DNA from: Carcharhinus amblyrhynchos
Taxonomy: Eukaryota
Direction: 5' to 3'
DNA length: 64,000 nucleotides
Assembly (NCBI GenBank): GCA_965287045.1
Contig: OZ336870.1
Coordinates: forward strand, 148,056,001-148,120,000
Part shown: positions 39,240 through 50,305 of the stretch, in pieces
Layout of the letters: each line of letters begins with the position of its first letter
How positions within the stretch are numbered: the stretch's first letter is position 1
Program-made: the position numbers and the translations under genes
The notes under the pieces: model-generated
Databases searched by the model: none
The model's input: the letters and a program-made list of their open reading frames with translations, nothing else
What the model was told of the DNA's origin: nothing

Positions 39240-40800
39240 TTGAGTTCAAAAAGTAGGAGGTATTGGGGTTGTTGAGAAATATTAATGTAGACAAGTCCCC
39301 AAAGCCTGATGGGATATACCCCAGAATACTGAGAGAGGCAAGAGAGGAAATTGCTGGGGCCTTGAGAGCAACTTTTGTATCCTCACTGGTAACGGGGAAA
39401 TCCCAGAGGATTGGAGAATAGCCAATGTTGTTCTTCTGTTTAAGAAGGGTAGCAAGAATAATCCAGGTAATTACAGGTCTGTGAGTCTTACATCAGTGGT
39501 AGGGAAATCATTGAAGAGAATTCTTCGAGACAGGATTTATTCCCACTTGGAAATAAGTGGACATATTAGTGAGAGGCAATATGGTTTTGTGAAGGGAAGG
39601 TTGTATCCCACAAACTTGATCAAGTTTTTCGAGGAAATGACGAAGATGACTGATAAGGGTAGAGCAGTGGGTGTTGTCTACATGGACTTTAGTGAGGCCT
39701 TTGACAGGGTCCTCATGGCAGACTGGTGCAGAAGGTGAAGTCGCATGGGATCAGAGATGAGCTGGCAAAGTGAATACAAAACTCACTCAGTCAAAGAAGA
39801 CAGAGGGTAGCAGTGGAAGGGTGCATTTCTGAATGGAGGGCTGTGACAAATGGCGTTCCTCAGGGACCTTTCAGAGGAAAATGTAACTGGATTGATTAGT
39901 AAATTTGCGGATGACACAAAAGTTTACTGATTTACTGATAGCAATGAGGACCACCAGAGGATACAGTAGAATATAGATCAGTTGGAGACTTGGGCGAAGA
40001 GATGACAGATGGAGTTTAATCCAGACAAATGTGAGGTAATGCATTTTGGAAGGCCTAACACAGATAGGAAATATACAGTAAATGGCAGAACTCTTAAGAG
40101 TATTGATAGGCAAAGGGATCTGCGTGTACAGGTACACAGTCATTGAAAGTGGTAATGCAGGTGGAGAAAGTAGTCAAGAAAACATACTTGCCTTCATCAG
40201 CCGGGGTATTGAGTTTAAAAATTGGCAAGTCATGTTGCAGCTTTATAGAACCTTAGGCCGCATTTGGAATATAGTGTTCAATTCTGATTGCTACACTACC
40301 AGAAGGATGTGGCAGCTTTGGAGAGGGAACAGAAAAGATTTACCAGGATGTTGCCTGGTATGGAGGGCATTAGCTATGAGGGGAGGTTGGAGAAACTTGA
40401 TTTGTTCTCACTGGAGTGACAGAGGTTGAGGGGCGACCTGATAGAAGTCTACAGGATTATGAGAGGCATGGACAGAGTAGAAGTTTTTTCCCAGAGTGGA
40501 ACAGTCAATTACTAGGGGGGGGGCACAGGTTTAAGGTGCAAGGGGCAAGGTTAAAAGGAGGTGCATGAGGCAGATTTTTTTTCACAGAGTAGTGGGTGCC
40601 TGGAACTCATTGCCGGAGGAGGTATGGAAGCGGCTATGGTATGACTTTTAAGGGGCGTCTTGACTAGTACCTAAATAGGATGGGAATAGAGGGATTATGG
40701 TCCCTGGAAGGGTAGGGGGCTTTAGTCAGGCAGCATGGTTGGTGCAGGCTTAGCAGGCCGAAAGTCCTGTTCTTGTGCTGTAATTTTCTTTGTTCTTTTT
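39240..40800 (+). mobile_element. degenerate CR1 ORF2
   Basis: KSPKPDGIYPRIL, SLTSVVGK, KFADDTK, and a CR1 tail at ~40760-40800. Confidence 0.9.
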
Positions 40801-40899
40801 TCAATTCTATCCCTCTACAAATAAATCCTGGAATTTAGTATGTTTTTGTTATTGAACAAAGAAATTAGGCTCAAGTTGTATTGAACCTTTGTTAGACCA

Positions 40900-42060
40900 A
40901 ATTCGCGTGCGGGTCTAAAAGTAACTTTTGCTTCCAGCACCAAGAGGTTTGCGATCATCCCCATCCCTTACTACTGACACAAACTAGATCTCACCCAGAA
41001 AGAGCATGAGGCTGAATAGCATATTTAAAGTAGCTTTTAAATATGCTTAGCCCATTTACTGCCAGATTCTCCCAGCTCCTAGGATATCCCTACCATCAGA
41101 GAAGGTGTGAACCTGGCAAGAAACACTACTGGTCTCCTCCTTGCTGGGGTGGGCTCAGAGGCCATTGAAGATTGAGGGTCAGGGACATGGCACAGTACCA
41201 AATGGGCACTGCCAGTTTGTTGTGTGCTGGGGCAATGCCAAGGAGATGCTGCCTAAGTGGAGGTCATGAAGGGGGTGGTGAAGGTGGTCCCAGCTGCAGC
41301 CACAGTGCACAGTGGGAGTCTTGCCTGGGTGCAATAGTTTGGGAGGGCTCATTCCGGTCTGGGGTCACAACTGACTGGGGGCTCATGTTGCACACATTCT
41401 CCCTGCCCGAGGGATTGCATATGAGATCAATTCCACAGTTGTCTTGCCATCTGTCTGCTGGACAGGCTCTGTTGTTCCTGCTGACATTCCATCCCAGAGC
41501 CCACTAACAGTAACAAACAGCAGCTCTGTCAGCTGCTGCTCCAATCAAGGAAGCTCAGCAGGTGTTAACATGGCTCTGCAGTGCTGCCCTTGATAGGAAC
41601 CCACCTCATGATAGTCACAAGGTGCCCCTCCTCCTCTGTCAGAGCTGCAAGCCATTTCTGGAAACCACTGCACCAGGCATTCAGGTGGGTGCACCCATGT
41701 CCATGCTTCATGGGTTCCCAGTTGGAACCCCCGCACAGCCCCCATATGCTCTCTATGCTCTTATGGTGAGGGTGCAGTGAAGGTCAACGAGGTGACGCAT
41801 GACACTGGGGAGTGGTGTGTTACCATTGTCCACATTCATGGGGACACGGGTTGCTTGGATGTATAACCTCGTGGACTATTTGTTTCTCTGTTTTCTCCCA
41901 CTCCCCCACAGCAAACATGGAGCCAATGAACCTGGTGGCCATTCTTGTGGCTGCTATGGAAGAGGAGGGTGACATCTGTCCACTGCAAGGCCATTCAGGC
42001 CAGTGGCAGCAGCAAGAGGAAAAATATGGTGAGGCTTGGACTGGACATAAATATCGGCAT
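40900..42060. mobile_element. Harbinger-like DNA transposon remnant
   Basis: Shares a ~100-bp diverged block (agcatatttaaagtagc-tttaaat-tgcttag-ccatt...gattctcccagc) with 57930-58020. GC-rich degenerate coding-like interior. Family assignment is inference. Confidence 0.45.
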
Positions 42061-43960
42061 GGATTGATTGGGCTACATTGCCTGTTTCTGTATTGCATAT
42101 TCTAAGTAAAAATTCTGTAACAGTACACAAGCCAGTTTCCCTTTCCTACAGAACCTGCTCCTCAAACTAAGAAACTTTCACATTGTGAATGGCTTTCCCA
42201 ATGTGTAATCGATTACACCGAACATTTTACACTTTGTAGAATATTATCAACTATGTCAATGCTGGTGTGAAGACAACCACTCATTGGCCTGGATTTTGCA
42301 TTAAGAGTAGCAATGAGGCTAGTGGTGATTTTTCAGGCTAAATTGAATAGCAACTTCAGAGTTCATGTCAGAGTAAATGTGCAGTGAAGCACAGAATTCC
42401 GGAAGCTGCTGTCCATTTATCCTGCTCCTTTGCAAGCTATGTTGCATTAATGTCTCACTGATAGATTCAGCATTGAAATCCACGTAAGGGTGTCAAGTTA
42501 CTAACCATCTCCACTAAACATGGCAGTAAAACTTAGGACTCATTCATTTATTATAAATGATTTTTTTAACTGTGTGATGCCATAATTACTGCTAAACAAC
42601 CTCCTGGTACTAGAACTAACATTTTACATTTATGGAATCACTTTCCTTCATAGCCAAGTTATTGTTAAAGATCCATTAAAAATTTTAAAAGTGCTCTTTG
42701 TCTCTTACTTACACGTTCCTATTCCTCATTAATTTGTTTTCTGTGTATGATTTTTGCAATGAAATAATCTAATTTGTAGTTCCTGTTTTGGACTCTGCAA
42801 GCTAAAGATTAAACAACCTTGAAATTAGAAGCAGAGATTCTGGTGCCCAATTAATGATGGATTCTCTACATCAGCTTGTTGCTGTGGTATATCTTGAACA
42901 ATAGATTTGAGTAAGTGAGCAACAATGTCAGAAACCAGAGCTGATATCAGGAGAATATTTTTATACAGGGAATTGTTACAATCTGAAATACAGTGCCTGG
43001 TGAAAGCGGATTCAATAATAACTCAAATGCAGGTGAGGTCAGTGAAATGGAGAAAGCTCAGGTCTCATATGATTGAACATTTAAATCAAATATCAGTGGA
43101 GCACAGCGTGTCACTGAAAAAGCGACTAACTCCCAAATCTCCTTTTTGGGTGCTTTCCATATCACTTTACCATTTGTCTGCCTTCACTCTTTAGTATTAC
43201 ATTTTCATTAAGCGCAGCTGTTTTTATTGTAAAATGGGTTAAATCAAGCCTTCCATTTAAAAATAGTTTAAACAGCATTCCAGACCATACTTAAGTGGAG
43301 ATGTTAATATCTTTATTAATATATATATAAGTGCCTGAGACAGCTGTCTCCAGTCTTAATGAATAGTCCTGGTTACTCTTAAATGTTCCTTGTATATAGT
43401 TCATGTAACCTGGAGGTTCTGTGTTAACTGGTGTCCAAATCATCAAATGCTGCAAATCTGAGCTCCAGAAGTAGAAATGCATAGACATGCAAAGTTGTTC
43501 AATCAGAACAAAAACAATCATGTATTCAGAGCTTCCATTGATTCATCTGTGTCACTCCATCAAAAAAAATGTTTGCAAGCATGTAAGCTGTAATGGAACA
43601 GCTGCCCAAAAGGAAAAAGGTCATGTTCTTCCTCATGAACGTTTCAATAGTAATGCAAGATGCTTGAGAATAGAACATGCTTGTGTGTCTTGTATCATCT
43701 TGACTAGGCTAGTCTTGCTCTGAGTAATCATACCCAGGTTGTGAAAGGTAGAGCACATAGACAAGATTGTCAGCTAGGCTGTAGCATCACTGTTTTTGAC
43801 TCCTTACCTTGGTACTTACCTATGGATCAATTAAACTTAACTGAAGAGGTGAATAAATATGGAAGCCTGTGTTTTGATATAGGTTCTACTGATTTTTGAT
43901 ACCCAGTTGATAGCTGACCTGTGCCTGGTAGTTATTTAACTACAGCAGCCACACCAAATT

Positions 43961-45340
43961 ATAAGAACATAAGAACATAAGAAATAGGAGCAGGAGTAGG
44001 CCATCTAGCCCTTCGAGCCTGCCCTGCCATTCAATAAGATCATGGCTGATCTGTCGTGGCTCAGTTCCACATTCCCGCCCTCTCCCCATAACCCTTAATC
44101 CCCTCGCTTATCAAAAACCCATCAACCCGCGTCTTAAAAATATTTAGCGAGGCAGCCTCCACCACCTCAACGGGCAGAGAATTCCAGAGATTCACCACCC
44201 TTTGAGTGAAGAAGGTCCTCCTTAACTCTGTTCTAAACTGCACCCCCTTCATTTTGAGGCTGTGCCCCGTAGTCCTACTGTCCTTTCTGAGCGGGAAGAG
44301 TCTCTCCACCTCTATCCTATCCATCCCATTCATCATCTTATATGTCTCAATGAGATCTCCTCTCAGTCTTCTAAACTCTAACGAGTACAAGCCTAGTTTA
44401 TTCAGCCTCTCCTCATAGCTCAACCCCCCTCAATTCCGGTATCAGTCTAGTGAACCTCCTCTGCACTCCCTCCAAGGCCAAAATATCCTTGCGTAAGTGC
44501 GGCGCCCAAAACTGCACACAGTACTCCAGCTGCGGCCTCACCAATACCCTATACAGCTGCAGCAAGACCTCCCTACTTTTATATTCAATCCCCCTCGCTA
44601 TGAAGGCCAGCATCCCATTAGCCTTCCTAACCACCTGCTGCACTTGCAGGCTGGGTTTTTGCGACTCATGCACAAGGACCCCGAGGTCCCTCTGCACCAT
44701 TGCCTGCTGCAGTTTTTCGCCACGTAAGTAATAGTCCTTCCTACCATTATTCCTACCAAAGTGGACCACCTCGCACTGGCCAACATTAAATTCCATTTGC
44801 CAGTTCCTGGCCCATTCGCCCAGCCTATCTAGATCCTTCTGCAGACTCTCCACACCCTCCGCACAATTTGCCGTTCCACCAACCTTGGTGTCATCAGCAA
44901 ATTTTGACACCATACACTTGGTTCCCTCCTCCAGATCATCTATATAAATAGTAAATAGCTGAGGCCCCAGCACTGACCCCTGGGGTACTCCACTAGTCAC
45001 CAACCGCCAATCCGAATAGCACCCATTAACCCCACTGTCTGTCTCCTATTTGACAACCAATCCGCTATCCACGCTAACACCCTACCCCCAACTCCATGCC
45101 CCCTTACCTTTTGCAATAACCTCTTGTGAGGTACCTTGTCAAACGCCTTCTGAAAATCAAGAAAGACCACATCCACCAACTCTCCTCTATCCACCGCCCT
45201 AGACACATCCTCATAGAACGCCAATAAATTTGTCAGACACGACTTCCCCTTAACGAAACCGTGCTGCGTCTGCTCTATATAGCAATTCCCCTCAAGATGC
45301 CTCGCTATTTCCTCCTTGATGATGGATTCTAACACTTTAC
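43961..45340 (-). mobile_element. young CR1, 5'-truncated, with frameshifts
   Basis: ORFs 44997-45521 (part), 44413-45003 and 44061-44423 are near-identical to the 5950-7818 copy. Repeated (ataagaac)n tail. Confidence 0.97.
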
Positions 45341-45342
45341 CG

Positions 45343-45640
45343 GGGTGGCATGGTGGCGCAGAGACTAGCACTGCTGCCTCACAGCGCCAGGGACCCAAGT
45401 TCGATTCCCAGCTTGGGTCACTGTCTGTTGGAGTCTGCACATTCTCCCTGTGTCTGCATGGGTTTCCTCCAGGTGCTCCAGTTTCCTCCCACAGTTTGAA
45501 AGATGTACAGTTTGGGTGCATTGGCCATGCTGCATTCTCCTTCAGTGTATCTAAACAGGTGCCAGAGTGTGGCGCCTAGAGGAGTTTTACAGTAACTTCA
45601 TTGCAGTGTTAATGTAAGCCTTACTTGTGACTTTAACTTT
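45343..45640 (+). mobile_element. HE1-like SINE
   Basis: gggtggcatggtggcgcag...agcactgctgcctcacagcgccagggacc head. Tail matches the 8450-8705 copy. Confidence 0.85.
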
Positions 45641-47749
45641 AAGATTATCCCCTTCTCAGAACCAATGAAACTAATTTCTAATTGAGAATGTAAACAGTGC
45701 AGCCCACCAATAGTGAACTAGAATGGGGTTACTTACAGAGGTGGGGAGATGTTTAATTTTGGAATAAACCTGCCCAAGAAAATCTAACCCATTACCTACA
45801 ATTTTTCTGTTCACAAACAATGTTGCAGCTGTAAATAAGCTTGAAGCTGTATTAACAACTCTGTAATTATTTGTTTCTGGAGGTTTATTACAATAGATCT
45901 ATTGTTAGATATGTTTACTTCTATTTGTAATCAGAACAATGTTTAGCAATCATCCTTATCCCTTACAACTGACAAGAGTCTGTCCAGATGCATAATGCAG
46001 TTTAACATAAATCAGCTGTTTTTAAATCTTTGTTTCCAATCTGTGACAAGAAACAGAGAGCTGATCATATAAATTAGCAAAAGAAAAACATTTTGACAAG
46101 ATTGCTCAGATGAAATTATAATGTTTTAATATGTAGAGGGTGATCTTCAGCCCCATTACTATCAGAGAGAACAGTGACATGGGCTGATAATGTGGAGAGA
46201 ATCAGGAAACACAATTCACTCTGGAGAGATCTCATTCAAAATCACCATCCACTCCCTTTCCCTTATAGCGCACATGCTGAATTATTGCTAACTCATGCCA
46301 ACCATTTGCCTTGATACTCCATGCCAACTTGCCAGTATCTGCCATGGGCAGACCTCAACAGCCATGTGGCGATGAATTAAAACAATGATCCAAATATCCA
46401 TTACAACCTTCATATAAAAAAAAACTCGTATTCGTGAAAACCAATTCAAAACTTTAAAGCCACTCAGATACTTAATCACTTCTCAAAACAAACAGACTTG
46501 TATTCATTACAACTAATTACTTAATAACCTATTTGACCAATAAGCACTTTGAACTTATCACCTCCTTGCTGGGATAATTGTAGGTTGTAGAAAATAGCCA
46601 ACCATTAAGAATTATGTGATGATAGCCCTTGGGGTAATGTCAACAAACACCTATTGTAATTTCTAGAACAGGTCTTTTGACTGCTCACTGATACATTTAA
46701 ACATTTTTGATGATTTGCAATGCAAATAAATTTACAGACCTTATCCAACCTTTGTGAGCATTTATAGCTCCTCCACAAATTGGAAACTCTTACAATGTGG
46801 GATAAGGCCTTTACTATTGTAAAAATGGAGTCTGTCTAAACCATGCACTCAGTTCAAATGGCCCTGCTTAGTTTGAGTCTCCTGTGTGAGTCACGCCCTT
46901 CCCCTCTTTCCCTTCCTGGCAAAAATGGGATCTGTTCGAAATAGGTTGGGACTTCCATAAATGGGTCCCACCCAGGTTTTTAAAGGTCTGCAGGGTCTCC
47001 ACAACTCTGCAAAAATACAGCTCAGTACCTATTTCTCTCTCCACAGATATTGCCTAACCTGCTGAATATTTCTGGTATTTTATGAATTTGTTTTGTATTT
47101 TCACATCTGCAGCATTTTGCTTTTATGCTAAAGGAATTGTTGGAATACTGCTCCTTCTCAAAGCAATACGAATTTTTCTAATAGTCACCACTGTATTTTC
47201 TTCCAGTGATACCTGTGTTGGTTAAGAGTGTGAGTGCAGAACACTAATCTTTTTGCATCTGGAGCTTCAGCTTGTATTTAAGAAAAGATGTTATGACTTG
47301 TTCGCTTTCTGTGGGTAGAGAACCCAGCTACCTTTGTGACAACTCCTGCATATCATTTGATGTTTAAAAATCTTTAGCTTTCTATAAGCATTAGCCATTT
47401 AATTTCATTTGCTTTAAATGGGCAGATTGCCAGACAATTTTATGGTTTCAGTTATCTTGCACTGAGACTTTTACTCTTTCTCTCTCAAACAAAGCTTTAG
47501 AGGATAAGGACCCCATTTTGTAGTTATGTGACTTTTTCCCACAAGTTTCTGAGTGTATATTAAATTGCACCACTTGCAATCAATTGATCTATAACGTATG
47601 AGTCACAAAAATTCTTTGAAGATTGCATCATCTTTTGATTTAAAAATGATAAAGCTGTGTTATTTTTGATCAGTGCCCCAATTTCTAAGTTTGGCAGTAT
47701 GTAAGCCCAGCAGCATTAATGACACACAAGAAAGCACTGTATAGCCACT

Positions 47750-48182
47750 TTTATTTGTGTTTATATCTTGAATCAGAACACTGTAAATTTTAAATACATA
47801 GCAGAAACATTAATAACTTATAGTGAAGAAACATGTCATATATAAATAAGGTAGATTAAATGCAGTGTACTCTTAACAATTGTGACATTTTTGAATAAGT
47901 TATAAATATCAACATCATAGTTATCCACATAAAAATATCCTGTTTACAAAACACTAATTGTAATAAACAAGGCTAGGTTCAGGCACATTACAAACAACGC
48001 TAGTGCAACAGCTTTACATTCAGCACTAGTGATTAGTTTGTAATCTTATATTTTCAGAGCAGCCTTCATATGATTATTAAAAACACAAATTAAATAGTGA
48101 AGTATAATTTTCCAATCTGAATTTTCAAGTTACTTTATGGCAGCTTTGTTGACAACATGCATAGCTTAGAGTGTCTTTATGT
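47750..48182 (-). promoter_or_regulatory. IL2-like 3'UTR with AU-rich elements and poly(A) signal
   Basis: Minus-strand ATTTA at 48091, 47903, 47857, 47843 (within nonamer TTATTTATA), 47791 and 47784. AATAAA at 47750-47755. Confidence 0.75.
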
Positions 48183-48308
48183 TCATTGAACGCTGTCGAC
48201 ATTTGCATTCCGTTCTTTTTTCATTTTCTGTGAGAACAATATCAGCTGAGACATGAAGTCAGTGAAGTTCTTCTTTTCGCTTTCACATTTACATGCTGAA
48301 TCACGTGC
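48183..48308 (-). CDS. IL2: IL-2-like cytokine exon 4 (helix D)
   Basis: ttttcag acceptor. Encodes ARDSACKCESEKKNFTDFMSQLILFSQKMKKERNANVDSVQ*, with the Cys-x-Cys-Glu, FxxF and helix-D Gln pattern of the IL-2/15/21 family. Confidence 0.85.
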   Translation of the reverse strand, partial: ARDSACKCESEKKNFTDFMSQLILFSQKMKKERNANVDSVQ

Positions 48309-48581
48309 CTGAAAACAAGATTACAAACATTACTTTCTTTTAAAGCATCAGTATTCTCATCTTGGATGGACGTGGTCCTCCACTTTAGTATACTGCCACC
48401 TATTGTTACTTACTTTGTGTCATCCATCTTCTAGGTATTTGTTTCTGTTCTTGCGTTTCAAGAAAGGCAATTATGTTAAAAAGCTAGCCCATTCTGAAGA
48501 AATAACCATTACTTCAAATAGAGTATTTAATTTGACCAAAGTGTAATATTTTTACTTGTTAGCTCTTGATCTTGTACTTAC

Positions 48582-48710
48582 CAATTTCTTCATATTCCTA
48601 CTTATAATACTTAGGCGGTTTATACATTTCTTTCGCTCACTGGTAAGCTCCATGCAGTTCCGTTTCAAACTTTGCAATTCTTTTATAAAGAGGCACACAG
48701 AATAATTGAG
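48582..48710 (-). CDS. IL2: IL-2-like cytokine exon 3 (helices B, C)
   Basis: tttttcag/gtaagt boundaries, 129 nt, phase 0. Encodes LNYSVCLFIKELQSLKRNCMELTSERKKCINRLSIISRNMKKL (helix-B ELxxL as in IL-2/IL-15). Confidence 0.85.
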
Positions 48711-49722
48711 CTGAAAAATGAACAAAATTAGAATAAAATGTTATATTTGGCATGACCCATTGAGATGCAGCATCCTAAAGCACAAAGATATAATTTTTTT
48801 TGCTAAAACAGGAAGGAAGATGGAAATATTTTCTATTTCAGAAAATGCTATTGGTGTAAAAGTATAATTTGAAATATTGTGAATAGTTTTTAAGCTATTG
48901 AAGAAAGTAAGTGACTGAGTGTAAAATCATGCTTAGCTTTCAGTTTCACTTATGCCTATAACATTTACTATTTGCAACTGATGAGGGCAATAGTTAACGG
49001 TTATCACCTTTGATTGATATCAGCTTGATACTTCAACTTTTTTTGAACTAGCAATGCACCTATATTCCTCAAAAGAATGATGTATGTGGTTACTGCTTGC
49101 TATAGATTAAATCCTTCAATATTTCTTCAATATTGTACTTCAATATTTTTCTACTTTAACCACAAACATGATTTAGCAGAGAAATAAATATATTTTTAAA
49201 ACTTTAACTGTCACTTTAAAGTGGTAATGCAACAATTAAATCTTAAACAAACATTAAAAATGAATTTCAAAATCAGAACAGACTGCTAATTTGATACCCC
49301 AGAGTCAATGGAATATATATCTGCTTTTGATGACAATCCGGTTACAATTTTATCATGAAATCTTTCTCCCATTCTCTGACAAAAATGAATTGATTCACAG
49401 CCAGCTTTCAGCCTCAAGTAGAGCAGTCTAACTTTTGCAGTGTTCTATAGTTGCCAGAGGTATATTTTATTTTCTTAACTGCTACATTCTTTATTCTTCT
49501 ATTTATATAAGGTTTACCATTTCAAATTGTGGCAACCTTTGAATCATTATTCAAAAACAACTTACTATTAGCATCAACTTAACAATCAGGAAAGAAATAC
49601 TTAAAGATAGGTCATTAACTCAGGCTATATTTCATTGTATAACTTTTGCTTTTTCTTTATATTTGCACACAAATCTTACAACAATGTAAATTTAGACTTG
49701 TTTCTATTTAAATCATGCTTAC

Positions 49723-49761
49723 CTCTACATTTACAGGAGTGCATAGAGGGCCCCAAGTGTC
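49723..49761 (-). CDS. IL2: IL-2-like cytokine exon 2 (AB loop)
   Basis: ttttccag/gtaagc boundaries, 39 nt, phase 0. Encodes DTWGPLCTPVNVE (LxTP motif of the family). Confidence 0.85.
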
Positions 49762-49867
49762 CTGGAAAATGCAATACAACACAAATTAATCTTTAATAGA
49801 TGCAAATAAATAAATACGAGCTGTAACATTAAAAACACCAACACATACTTCAAGGACTAAATCATAC

Positions 49868-50011
49868 CAGCCCAATTTTCTTGAGGTCCTTAGCATTTTT
49901 GATAATTTCAGTCAGGGCTGCACCGCTGTGTTGGTTGGCACCTGTGAAAGTGGTGTAAGTTAACACAACAAAGAATGTGCACAGTAACTGCTTCATGATC
50001 ATAGACATCAT
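49868..50011 (-). CDS. IL2: IL-2-like cytokine exon 1 (signal peptide + helix A)
   Basis: Encodes MMSMIMKQLLCTFFVVLTYTTFTGANQHSGAALTEIIKNAKDLKKIGL with a gtatga donor. Hydrophobic signal peptide, 106-bp first intron, TATA ~55 bp upstream of the first ATG. The true start may be a later Met (e.g. 49996). Confidence 0.87.
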
Positions 50012-50064
50012 TTGTTCTGAAGACAGGAGCCTGATACAAGTTTAACCATAGTTGCAGATATCTA

Positions 50065-50305
50065 AATTTATACCCTTCTTGGGGGGAAATCGTGGGAGTG
50101 TTCAGTAGTCACTAGTTTAGTTTTTTGTACCTTTTATGATTGATGAATAATATTAGACTTTCCTCTTTGATGACTCTCTGGAATTTCTTCAAGCCTGGTA
50201 GTAGTAGAGGATGCTGGTAAAATCCCTTTTTGGCTAACCTCTGACTAAAACCACTAAACCCATAAAGTTGCACACTTTCATATGTGAGCATGACTACAAT
50301 TTTCC
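50065..50305 (-). promoter_or_regulatory. IL2-type proximal promoter/enhancer
   Basis: Minus strand: GGAAAATTGTAGTCA (NFAT:AP-1, 50291-50305), GGGATTTTAC (NF-kB, 50217-50226), AAGAAATTCC-AG-AGAGTCA (CD28RE/AP-1, 50171-50189), GAGGAAAG (NFAT, 50158-50165), GTATAAATT (TATA, 50065-50073). Confidence 0.88.

Noticed and set aside
43400-43680. Minus-strand HLMIWTPVNTE resembles cytokine exon 2 (LCTPVNVE), with a weakly signal-like MRKNMTFFLLGSCSITAYMLA upstream; possible IL2 paralogue or pseudogene
   Set aside because: The candidate exon is 40 nt with a poor donor (not phase 0), the upstream frame stops without a donor, and no exon 3/4 or promoter equivalents were found. Most likely chance; tBLASTn with the 145-aa protein would settle it.
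43805-43850. Two strong minus-strand splice donors with a nearby acceptor (possible micro-exon)
   Set aside because: No gene context or consistent reading frame.
48183-50011. Assignment of the cytokine as IL-4/13 (helix A ALTEIIK resembles IL-4 TLQEIIK)
   Set aside because: ADAD1 synteny, the IL2-type promoter, the LxTP loop and the exon-4 Cys-x-Cys-Glu/F...Q pattern favour the IL-2/15/21 group. IL-4/13 genes lie near KIF3A/RAD50.
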